Positions 38,130 to 49,271 of a stretch of DNA of 64,000 bases are shown here, in pieces; positions within the stretch are counted from its first letter, which is position 1, and every line of letters starts with the position of its first letter. The notes under the pieces were generated by a model. It was not told the origin of the DNA and did no database searches. It worked only from the letters and a program-made list of their open reading frames with translations. The stretch is from positions 1,612,001-1,676,000 of the forward strand of contig MU006091.1 in NCBI GenBank assembly GCA_010093705.1. The letters run 5' to 3'. Both the position numbers and the translations under genes were made by a program. This DNA is from Patellaria atrata CBS 101060 (taxonomy: Eukaryota).

Positions 38130-39229
38130 ATTCTTTTAAAACAGTACTCTCGGTGAAGGAATTGAGACCAAATATTGGGTTCGAAGTGGAGGCTGGACGG
38201 TTTGGGATCCTCGTTGTGCACTGATCCGCAGGTAGTTCTACTGTACGTTCTTCGGGTTTGAAAAAAGGCATATCTTTAGCTGTAGCTTGCATTTACCTAT
38301 ATTGGCTTCATTGGCTTTCAGTTCAAATGACTGAGAAGTTACCTGGTGAGCCTTACCCCATCTGCCTGAATATTTATCATCTTGCAATAGATCAAGAAGA
38401 GCGGCTAGAGAGAGTTCCAAGGGAGTAATGGTAAATTCAAGGTTAGCTGGTGTTTTGAGCTGCACGATTCCGCTCTCGGGGATGGGCGGGGGATGAGAGT
38501 TGTGGTTCTATCTTGAATACGTGAGCTCACCCCATAGGTTGGGACAGCAAAAAAGTAGTCCACTTTAACAATAAGATTTTATATATCCAAGAGGAATAAT
38601 TATGAATCTGAATAGTACGTATCATTCTCCTAGTCGAGAAGAATACTCTTACTACCTTTTAAGCTTATTAAGGTTTGTTGTGGTAGAGAAGATTCTGTTC
38701 AAACTGAAGGCATATTGGGTGCTCTCATTGAATTTGGGTGGTTTGCAGTCCCATGACTTTTGTCGCTGAGCCTTGGGCGATTTTGATGATCAGATCTCCT
38801 GTCAGCGCTCGAATTGCACGTAAGAGGCAAAGTAGTACTGGTGCCAAACATGGAAGTTTTTGACAGATGTATAAGGTCTGTCCAATCTAATCTTTATGTA
38901 GTTCTAGTTATAAATTGGCGATTCCACCAACCTTTCTTCCAATAAGGCTTAATAGAAACAGACGTGTTGGTAAATTCGCTGTCTCATCTGGGGAAATAAT
39001 CTTATCCAACAACATGATGATTACTGTCGAATTAGAGTGACAAGTCCATTCTTGACGAAATCATATGAGACGAGATCAAGATCACAAGAATCTATTGGGA
39101 GCCCGATTGAGGTGGAATCTTAAGGAAAGGTCTTTTCAGGAGAAAATGGTCTGACTACTTAGAGCGGTAATCCACGTGACTGCTATTGCGCCTAAACTAA
39201 TATGAGGATCTGTGTGTAATCGTGTTCGA

Positions 39230-40412
39230 TTACTTCAGTAAGTTTGACCTTGATTTGGCGAACGTGGCTGCAACTATCAGTGGGAATACTACCGTTGCTT
39301 CAGCGTATACCTAGAGATCGTTACCGAAGTCCCGTCAGTCGAGAAAGAGGAACTTACTTTTACACTATCAGCATCTGCCTTTATCTTCCCCCAGCTAACT
39401 GCCTCGTCAGGTCTAGCACCAGCATCACTACCATCAAACTCCTGAGCAGTGTTGATATAAACAGCACTCTCGGCACCATTCCGCATCAGACATGCATTGG
39501 CAATATGGTGCTTCACCAGTCCTCCACCAAGGATAACCATCCCAGCTCGCTTTGCCCGGACGGCAATGGTATTTATTTTCCTTATATCCTCGACTATATC
39601 AATGCGGAGCTGTTCTGGCGAAGACTTGAAAGTGTGGAAATACAGCATATCACCGAGACTTCCATCGGTCAATGCTGGACAGAAAACAGGGATGTTGTTT
39701 TTCCAGGCCCAGTAATAGATTGAGCGCTCATCGTTGATCTCCTTTCCCAACCTGTTAATGACTTTGCTTGGGGTCCAGTGAAAAGGTTCATCTGTTGTTT
39801 TGCTTGCTTCTTGCTCTTTCAGTAGTTGATCTAGGATTGGTACTACCCAGTCCTCGAAGGAGCAGTAGTTACTATTCGGTACGATGAGGTTACCTATTCG
39901 ATTCATTCCTTGTGCTCTTAAGGATTTGCCTGGTGTGCTGAAAGATCCTAGATAAGTTGGAGCCAGACATTTTATAAAATCTTCCTCCACACCGCCAGCA
40001 GTGGTTACGATTGCGGATATGTGCTTATGTTCGACCAGATATCGGATAGTCTCACGCAACCCTGAAGATACTAGATTTGATGTATATCCGAGAAATATGG
40101 TGGTCCCTTGTGAGGTCTCCGGATCTTTCCAAGATCTCTGTGGTGGGGTTAACTATGTTGATACGAGCGTGCGTCATAAAAATGGCGATCATCTACCATT
40201 TCTTCAATTATCCGAACGGCTTCACCCACCGAACTTGCTTGAAATCCCATGTTTGTCATTCCCTCGATCAAGTTGGAAACAGACACTTCACGGTCTGCAT
40301 ACTTGTTGAAGTCTATACCTTCTACCTGTCTCGCGTCCTCGGGGACTGGATCTGAAGGCTGCAAGACGGCGTTCGTAGCCTCTGCGGGTGCATTGTGTTC
40401 GACCTCGTGCAT
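39230..40412 (-). CDS. DYS1: Deoxyhypusine synthase
   Basis: [34 protein letters not shown] and [19 protein letters not shown] motifs. Introns at about 40138-40196 and 39311-39357. Confidence 0.96.
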
Positions 40413-41259
40413 GACCGTTCTGTTGAGTCGTGAAAAATAAGAGAGAGCTGGTTGTGCTAATAAAATGATTAGGCCCTATGCCGCATTCGTATTTGACAGC
40501 GTATCAGTGCAAAAAGTAACCTGGGACTGAGGTGGCTGTTTGATAGAGTTATAGCTACTCAAAATTATTTATTAATCTACACATTGGTAATTGAACTACA
40601 AACCACAACAGGTCTGCATCATGTTCTCATGCACCTTTAGTATAGAAAAACTACCAGCACAGTCCCATTCTTGCAGCATCAATAATTGAGGCTTAGAAAA
40701 TCTTTTATACTACCGCCCAAATATCTGTTCCATCCCCCTGCCGAACATATTCAACCTCATAATGCATCCTGTGGTTTCTACCCAACACTAGAAAACAGGT
40801 TGTCCTAGTTATGCTCCAAATGAAAATGCAGATGATGGTGCTGATGTAATTGCTGCCGTAAATGATAACCATCATGATCAAGTGGGTCGCCGCGAACAGC
40901 AGCATTTGGAGAAGGACTTTAATTCGAACTTGGAAGCGGTCTTCTAGCTCTTTCACTTGCTAGTGATAGGACAATCACTCAGAAAGAGACCGCACGGTGC
41001 AGCACCTGATTCATCAAAACTCCCTTTTATCTCTCCTCGGATAGCGTGGAATTAATACTAACTCAAGGGAAGTAGTGAGGTTTATTGCGAGTCTGAGAAG
41101 GCCGATGGAGATGCGAAGCTGCCGTCAAAGTATAATAACAAACACAGGACTTGAATCGGAAGAAATTGGATCTGCTATGCACGCTCAGCACTCACAAGTA
41201 ACGGTTCCAGAGCAATCAAGGAAGAGGTGAGGTATGATGAATAATACGGTGACAATCTG

Positions 41260-42121
41260 TCAGTCCATAATTCGACGTATCCATCCATGTTTTCGCTTCG
41301 TTTCATTGCTTCGGTCCAAGGACACTGAGTTCTGCGCGTTAGAATTATGCCTTCGTCGTCCTTCGTTCACGAACAACCGCCCTCCTGCGCACCTGGAGCA
41401 CCCTGTGTGTATCTTCTAAACACCAATTCGCCTAACAAGACACTTCCAGTGACCGCAAATAGAAAGCCGACGTTGTATGTCATAACCGCCAACATTCTAC
41501 GACACTATTAGCCAATTCAACCAGTCCTTAAACTCTATCGAGTTAATCGTACAATATATACCCAATCAACGCTCGCATAAATTCTATAGCTGCGCCTATC
41601 CCATCCTTCTTGATACTCCACGGAGCGCTTGCCACCCAAAACTTCTTTGTCATACTCGATGGTTGCTTTTCACTTTCCTGTTCTGCGAAAGTTTGCGATG
41701 ATGATGGACTCAAACGCTGTGTCTCCTGTTCGAGATCCGGGTCAACTAGCCTTACAACTTGCGGCTGCAGCGCACGACTCCACCGTAGCACATGACCTCG
41801 TATGGTTCCAGTTGCTGAACGTTCGCCCCTGACCGCTTTCGCATCACGCTCTTCATGATAGCCCCTTTCTTTCCACCTCCTTTCGAGTTGACTCTTTACC
41901 GCACCAAGAAAACGATGGAACATCCCAAGGAACAAAAGGAAGATCATCGTAAGCAAGTATGTCCAAGGCGTTGCGGTGGTCCATTGGTCAAACCAGAGCG
42001 TAACACGGGTATCTGTAGAGAATGTGGAAGCCATTCCAGACATAGAATGCGCACCAGGCATTGAGGACATCGACGCCACGTAGGGCATGGTATGCGTATG
42101 AATTTGAAGTGAGCTCGGCAT
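41260..42121 (-). CDS. Ctr-family high-affinity copper transporter
   Basis: Met/His-rich N-terminus, TLWFDQWT motif, TM1, and the TM2 MxxxM hallmark (MLAVM) after an intron at about 41497-41552. C-terminal end uncertain (41260 as read, 41367 if frameshifted). Confidence 0.88.
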
Positions 42122-42301
42122 TGGTAACCCCGATTCCACAGTGAGGAACAGGTCGAGAGCCTAGTAAGCCCGGTTCCTGGAAGCGAGAACGAACGATCAC
42201 GGTAGACGGAAAAGGAGTAAACTAAGAGATCGTACTAGATGAATGACCAAAAAAACAGATGAGTGATTACAGAAAATCGGGTTCCAAGGTGTATATGGGT
42301 A

Positions 42302-42551
42302 TTGCTCGACGTTTACTGGAATAACAAGAGCAACAATCCATAACTATGCTGAGCATGTGCTGCACAGTACGCCGGGTATATTTTGTCTGGTGAGCAGGTT
42401 TGCGGCGATATCGACCCGCCCGATCGGCCCAGACTTTCAGCACTGTTTTGGTAGGTGATATTGGATATCTTGCTGACATGAAAGACGAAACCTGAGCAAA
42501 TGATCATATACTGTACAGTACCTACGCTGTTGGTGAAGGCTGGAGTGAGCA
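42302..42551. promoter_or_regulatory. Cluster of Mac1/Cuf1-type copper-response elements
   Basis: Perfect TGAGCAAA (=TTTGCTCA) at 42493-42500, TGAGCA at 42350, 42391 and 42546, and TTGCTCG at 42302, all upstream of the Ctr gene. Confidence 0.65.
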
Positions 42552-44487
42552 GTAGCGGTTTAGTTTTCCGCAGTACGACTCTCTAGAGATGTACTGGATC
42601 CCTAATTTAATATGGTGACCTTCCACACACTTTACTTGACCATAGAGCATATTTTACCACTCATTCATCCGATGTGAGAGAAGAGGGTTTCCTTTTGAGG
42701 ACTAATCGATATCTATCGTAAAGGTGATGCTGTAACTAATTAGCATGGCAACGAATATCTCATTAATATTCTTCTGGCTACGTCTTTTTGCGGATATGGT
42801 ACAATAGCCTTGGTCTCTCCGTGTTTGAAATGTCTCTGTTGAGCGTTATGGTGTATTTATAGGGGTAGATGCAAATGCTGCAAACAGACCATTCCATTAG
42901 AACTAGCAAGGGTTGCTGAGTGCCAAAATTTTACCCTGAACTCAACAGTAAAAGTATAGGTAAGGAGGTTAATTTCCTTGGTCATTATCCTCTACGGACC
43001 TAATATCATCTGGCACTTTCTGTTTGACATTATTTGTACTTGAATATTCACCCATGGGAGGGTGAGAACCGAAGGCGAACTGCAAACCACAGGGGATGGG
43101 CAGTTTGTGCAGTTCAGTACCAGGTATACGGAATACTCGTACTTTTGTCAAGTCATTCGTAGAAGACCAAACCACCACGGTCTATGAGATCCTTATGGAG
43201 CTAACCAGAAGTGTATTCCAGGTTATACTGCGCACCATTTAATATATGAGGGAAGTACAGACCAAGACCCGCTGTCTCCCAACTGCAAGGAACTCCTTAA
43301 CATCGAAGCAATGTTCTCTTTCCTATCATCACGACCTCGCAAACCGGCCGACCTACACAGACATCAGTGAATCCAACTTCAGGTTAAAAGGATTACAGTA
43401 CATACATGGCGAAGATGTGGAATTATTTCCACTTTGGAGTAGGAATTTCGATTCTCCAACACGGCTGCCAAGCTGATGCACGCTTAGCAACCCTGTAAGA
43501 GGATCAAGATGCGCACATTTGCGCTGGTTTCGTCTTTGTATATCGAATTACTTCAAGGACACTACTCCATCCATGTCAGCAACTACCTCACGAAAGTGCT
43601 ATCTTGGCTTTTGTATCTTCCATCCGTTGCACTGGACATAAAAAGGACTATAAGATGGGATAGTACTGGCAGGTGGATGTTACCAGGCGCATGAGTGTGC
43701 TGCCATCTCCGAAATAGCTATATGGACGCCTTTGACATTGGTTTAAATCAGCTCCATGCCGTCCGAAACTCCTTGGAAGACTGCCAAAGTCACATGAAAA
43801 GATTCTAAATGGCGACATTTCTACTAGGCAGCGAGAGGAGTAAGAATTCCTAAGAGAGTTATTGAAAGGAAAAGAGCATAGAGATGGTAGTGCCCCAGAG
43901 GTAGCTTCTTCCAACTGATGCCGAAGCTAATTCATCAGAGGGCGATCTTTCGGGATGCCCAATAAATATTGTTACATTTGTACTCGTAGCTGATGGAGTA
44001 CCGTAGGGCATGACTGCTATTCTTCGAAGCAAGAAGAAGTTATTTTTGGGGAGTTCCAACTCCAGCTTCCCCTCCAAAAGAATTGGCAAGAGAATGGATA
44101 GTCATGCAGTACGTACCCGACAGTACGGTATTCATGTTCTGTAGTTCTACAGTACAGAGGTAGGTACCTTACTCCATCACGTGTCCGTAAATCCCCCCCC
44201 GACAAATTCTTGCCAATTGAATTCCAATATTATTGTTATTATTATAATAAATCGCACAGCATGTAGTGTAGTATACTTTCGTACTGTCTCCCACACTACA
44301 TCGAATCAACTTCAAGGCCAAAAATCTTACTCAGCATCTCAGCTATTAACTCTTGGCATTGAGCAAGTTTCCATCCCATGTTGCCAAGCTATTATAACTC
44401 TTGAATTTATCTTATTCTTTGCCCTGTCTGCTCTCTATCACCAACTCTTCTTCAAACGATAGCCATGTGCATCTACAACACATCGCA

Positions 44488-46609
44488 ATGAAGCTGTTCT
44501 CACTCATTTTCCTTTGCCTCTCCTCCTCAGCCGCCGGTGCCTTCACTGGTATGGGCGGCCCTTTACAGGAGCCTGCCTGCGCCTACGCCTGTCGCAACAT
44601 TCTCTCTGGTGCCCCTCTATCGTGCACGCCTCCGATGGATCACAGCCATGGTCACGGCCATTCTATGCCCCCAGTGACGAGTCCAGCTTGTCGAGCTGGC
44701 GATGATGCTTATTTGACCTCGTTGGCCTATTGCATCAATACCAAATGTCCTCAAGATATTCCCATCTGGCAATTCGAGCGCTTCTGGTCGGAACCACAGA
44801 CAACTGGGGATGCAGCTGTTCCCGCCAAGTGGGATTATCGCACAGCTCTTGATCACGTCAAAGGGCTTCCTAACGTCACATGGGCCATGGGCAATACCTT
44901 GAACAATACCATGCTGGTAAATGACACGTTTTGGGGCATTCAGAACCGTTTCATTCCCGTATTGGACTGGAATTCAACCCTCCTGTTCAGATATTCGTAA
45001 GCAGTTCCTTCTTGCAGTTACTGTTGATAACCACACTGATGCAATGTTTAGGCTGATCATCTTAATTGTTGGCTTTGCGACCCCCATTGCTATCACCTGG
45101 TTGTCTAAGCTCCCTATCGTGTCTGAGCTCGTTGAGAAGCTCCACCCGTATGTCGTCTGGCCTTCAACTATAGGTTCATATCACGTCCGTCCGCTCCCGT
45201 TTCTGTTAGGAAACCCGCCCACTCTGGGGCAAGCCTTTTATATTGTCGGCTTCGTCATTCTGAACATCATACTCTCATGTGTGGGCTACACAACCGCTCA
45301 ACCACATCCATGGGGATACAATAAACGCGGGGAGATTCTAGCTTATGCTGGCTATCGTACTGGTGAATTCGCCTTTGCCCTTCTACCTCTGCTTATCCTC
45401 TTTGCCGGGCGAAACAACATCCTCCTATGGCTTACCAATTGGTCTCACTCGACATTTATTCTGCTCCATCGCTGGGTCTCACGGCTCTTTGCTCTCCACA
45501 CCATTCTTCATTCAATCTTTCTCCTCGCCGCCCGAATTCAATCAGGGACCTATTCTGCGGATGTAAAACTGCCTTATTGGCAATGGGGTATTGCTGGAAC
45601 CGTTTTTGTCTGTGTGATGCTCGTTTTCAGCGTCTTGTGGATGCGCCGGCTATCGTATGAAGTGTTCCTTATCGGCCATATTATCCTAGCTGTCCTGGTT
45701 GTCGTTACTAGCTGGTATCACTTGATCCTAAGGTTTTATTACCCAGGAAATCATGAATACTGGCTCTACGCTGCCGCCGCCGTCTGGGTCTTTGATCGCG
45801 TTATCCGGGTCTTGCGAATTGTCAAGAACGGAGTACGCAGAGCAACGGTGACGAAAGTTGGTCCTAACCATGTCCGCATCGAGATTCCCGGCATTAGATT
45901 CAGTGGAAAGCCCGGCTACCATGGCTATGTTTATTTCCCGACCCTAACTGTGTTTAGACCGTGGGAAAACCATCCCTTCTCTGTCAATTCTACTCCCCTT
46001 CTAGGTTCCTACACGCGCAATCTTGCCCTCAGCAGCCCAAGCAACTCCATCTCCGAGTCCTCCGGGAAGCATGAGGTCGCAAAGTCTGGCGCAACCGCTC
46101 AAGAGACACATAGTGCCATCGCCGTACCTTCCACATCTGGCGTAACTCTGTACGTCCGCAAGTCCACCGGTATGACTCACTATCTGCAGAAGCACGCTAA
46201 ACTGCTCACCCTCCTTGACGGGCCATATCCCAACAACCCTCCAGACACTGTGCTCAACACTGACCGTCTACTGCTTATCGGTGGAGGCATCGGCATCACC
46301 GGCTTGTTGGGCTTCATCCATGCTCACTATAATGTTAAACTTGCGTGGAGCGTCAAGCCTTCTACCGAGGCGGTTGTGCACGATCTCGACCCAATTCTGA
46401 AGAGCGTGACGGACAGGGAAATCCGGATCGGCGAACGGCTAGATGTGGATAGGTTACTGCGGCAGGAAGCACAGGCTGGGTACAAGAGGGTTGGAGTAGT
46501 GGTTTGTGGGCCGGGCTCCCTCTGCGACGACGTGCGCGCTATAGTGTCGAGTTTGGCGAGGCACGAGAAGACGATATTTGAACTGGAAGTCGATGCCTTC
46601 TCGTGGTAA
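44488..46609 (+). CDS. Ferric/cupric reductase (FRE family, flavocytochrome) with Cys- and His-rich extracellular N-terminus
   Basis: Signal peptide, GRNNIL...LHRW...LHTILH heme-ligand histidines, WENHPFS (FAD), LDGPY, GGGIGIT (NADPH) and CGPGSLCDDVR motifs. Intron at 44997-45051. Confidence 0.93.
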
Positions 46610-47457
46610 GGGGGAGGTGCTTCATATGAATCAGTGCACTGAATCGTTATTATATTCCTCATGCCGTATGGTATACGTTACCATTGCGTGTTGGTGCTGC
46701 TTGCCGTTGAAGCTCCCTGCGAACGACGTTGCGATTAAGCTCCCTGGCGTGAACCGGCCTTATGCTTTTGACAGACAAACGTCTGAGGTTCCGCCCCAAC
46801 GGGTACAAGGCGATAGATTGGGGAGAATATCTACAACATGGACGAAATGGAAGTCATGTGTAAGCAGAGAAGGAGGACTCATTCTCTCTCTATACTCGAC
46901 TTTACAGTTCCTTACCTTAGTTGTGCAGAATGCAGCCCAGATCGGGGTTCAGTATGCATTTTACCTATCTTGTAGCTAGCTCCGGAGCTAACGGAAGCTG
47001 ATATAAATCCTTGTTCAAACCTGTACCTAGATAGAGAGAGTCTAGAGTCACTACGGAGTAGACAGTAGCTTACAAAGCTACCTTATAACACAATATCAAA
47101 CCAAAGCTCTATTGAATTTAACCTGTCACCCTCTACTTCCCTTCCAATCTCCCCACCTCAGTCACCGTAACGTGACGAAGCGGCTCCCGCTTCTCAAACG
47201 CTAGTATCCTACCCAAGTTACCCATCAATAGATGTGATCAACTAGACTGGGGTCACTGGATGAGTTCCGCTGCGGAGATAGGCCCACGCCGCTTACATAT
47301 TCGATAGCTTCTAAGGCAAGCATTTGATGAGAACTTTTGAGGCAGATTCTCACGAGACAGTTCACAGTATAATAATGGCCTCTGGAAGCGGATTCTTGAA
47401 GTTCTGGTCTCTGACTATCTCGTCTTTATCATTTCATTGTCCAATTGTGAGACAATC

Positions 47458-48835
47458 ATGCAACCTTCCGTGCTGCTCCTTCTCTCCTGTGCCTGGCTCA
47501 CTGCTTCCAGAGCGACGTCTGAGCATGAAGTGCCCCCATGTCAACCCAAAGTCACGCTCCCCGGCGGCTCCGTAGTCAGCGGAATCATAGACGGTAACTA
47601 CTCCTCCGTCCGCCAATTCCTAGGAGTCCCCTACGCGCAACCCCCCCTCGGAGAGCTCCGCTGGGAAGCACCGCGCGCAAACCGTTTGCCTCGAACGGTA
47701 AACGCGACGGAGTATGGATTGGCCTGCACGCAATTCCTGCCTAGTGCCCCTAACGCCTATCAAGAAGTCCAGCCTCAGTTCAACAACAGAGATCTCAACT
47801 CCTCCGGGGAGGATTGTTTGACGCTGAGTGTATGGACCCCTGAACGCGCGAGGAAATTGCCCGTTATGGTGTACCTCTACGGTGGGGGATGGTATACCGG
47901 TGGTCAGGACACGCCGTATCTCATTCCTACGCAGTGGGTGCAGAGGACGAAGGACTTGATCGTCGTTACGCCGAAGTAAGCTTGCTCCGATGGCGTTTGA
48001 GTGGGAGGTGTTCTAACGGGGATATAGCTATCGTGGGAATATCTTCGGTTTCCCTAATGCACGGGGAGTGAAAGATCAGAATCTGGGTCTTCTTGACCAG
48101 CGTCTCGCGTAAGATCCGTCCTTCCCCTTATCCTTTCAAAGCACGTTGACCGAGCATCATTAGGATCGAGTGGGTCAGGGATAACATCAAGGCCTTCGGC
48201 GGAGATCCCCGCAAAATCACCATCTGGGGCCCCTCTTCCGGCGGCATATCCGTCGACATGTACAACTACGCTTGGTACAAAGATCCGATAGTGAAAGGCC
48301 TGATCATGCATTCCGGCACCTCGTTCATCGAAGACGGTATCAGTACCAGGTACTCCAACTTCTCCTACGTTGCGGGCCAGGTCGGCTGCGGCGACACCAG
48401 CAGCGCGGAGGAAGAACTCGCGTGCATGAAAACTATCGATGCGGTCACGCTTGAGACTGTCATCGCGGATCATCTCAATGCAGGAGCGACGCCGGGTCTT
48501 GCGTTCGGCCCTTCGGCGGATGAGAAGGTTGTGTTTTTCAACTATACTGAGAGAGCGCTGCAGGGGAAGCTCATGAAAGTGGTAAGTAGACCTTTATCGA
48601 TAATATAAGATGAGGGAGGAGACTGAGCGAGCGACAAGCCGGCCATCATAGGTCTCACCAAGGAAGACGGCGCCGCGTTCGCCCCTTACAACGCCAGCGG
48701 GCCCGACCCGACGATCGCCGAATACTGGTTCCTCACGCTGTTCCTATGCACCTCGTACAAAACCTCCAAGTAAGTTATTTTCACTCCTCCTCATAACTCA
48801 CCCCCCCCCCTCCCCCCCCCCCCCCCCCCCCCCCC

Positions 48836-48887
<52 letters not shown>

Positions 48888-49271
48888 ACTCAGACAGCAC
48901 CCCACCCCCTAACCCAAACTCGCAGACTCCGCTCCAACGCCGCGATCCCAACCTACCGCTACCTCTACTCCGGCAACTTCAGCAACATATCCCCGGAGCC
49001 GTGGATGGGCGCCTACCACGGCGCCGAGATGCCCATGCTCTTCGGCACCCACGGCAACTTCCGCGGCCCCTCGACGCAGTACGAGATAGCGGTCAGCGAG
49101 GAGATGCAGGATACGTGGCGCGCGTTCGCGGAGGATCCGTGGCGGGGGCTGGGGAAACGGGGGTGGATGAGTTATACGGACAACAGAGATGTAGTGAGGG
49201 TTTTTGGAGAGGAAGGGGGCGTGGTGAGGGATGGGGTGGGTGAGTTGAATCGGTCTGAGGGGATGTGTTAG
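47458..49271 (+). CDS. Secreted type-B carboxylesterase/lipase (cholinesterase-like alpha/beta hydrolase)
   Basis: Signal peptide, FLGVPYAQPP, EDCLTLSVW, YGGG, NLGLLDQR, FGGDP, WGPSSGG nucleophile elbow and GAYHGAE motifs. Four introns, the last (48770-48925) containing poly-C. Confidence 0.9.
48800..48885. repeat. Interrupted poly-C tract within the esterase intron
   Basis: About 85 nt of near-pure C. Confidence 0.85.

Noticed and set aside
42900..44200. Possible gene remnant between Ctr and FRE
   Set aside because: Only short fragments with no confidently recognisable family.
46960..47180. TA-rich segment ending cgtaacgtgac resembling a solo LTR
   Set aside because: No matching 5' terminus or target-site duplication could be identified.
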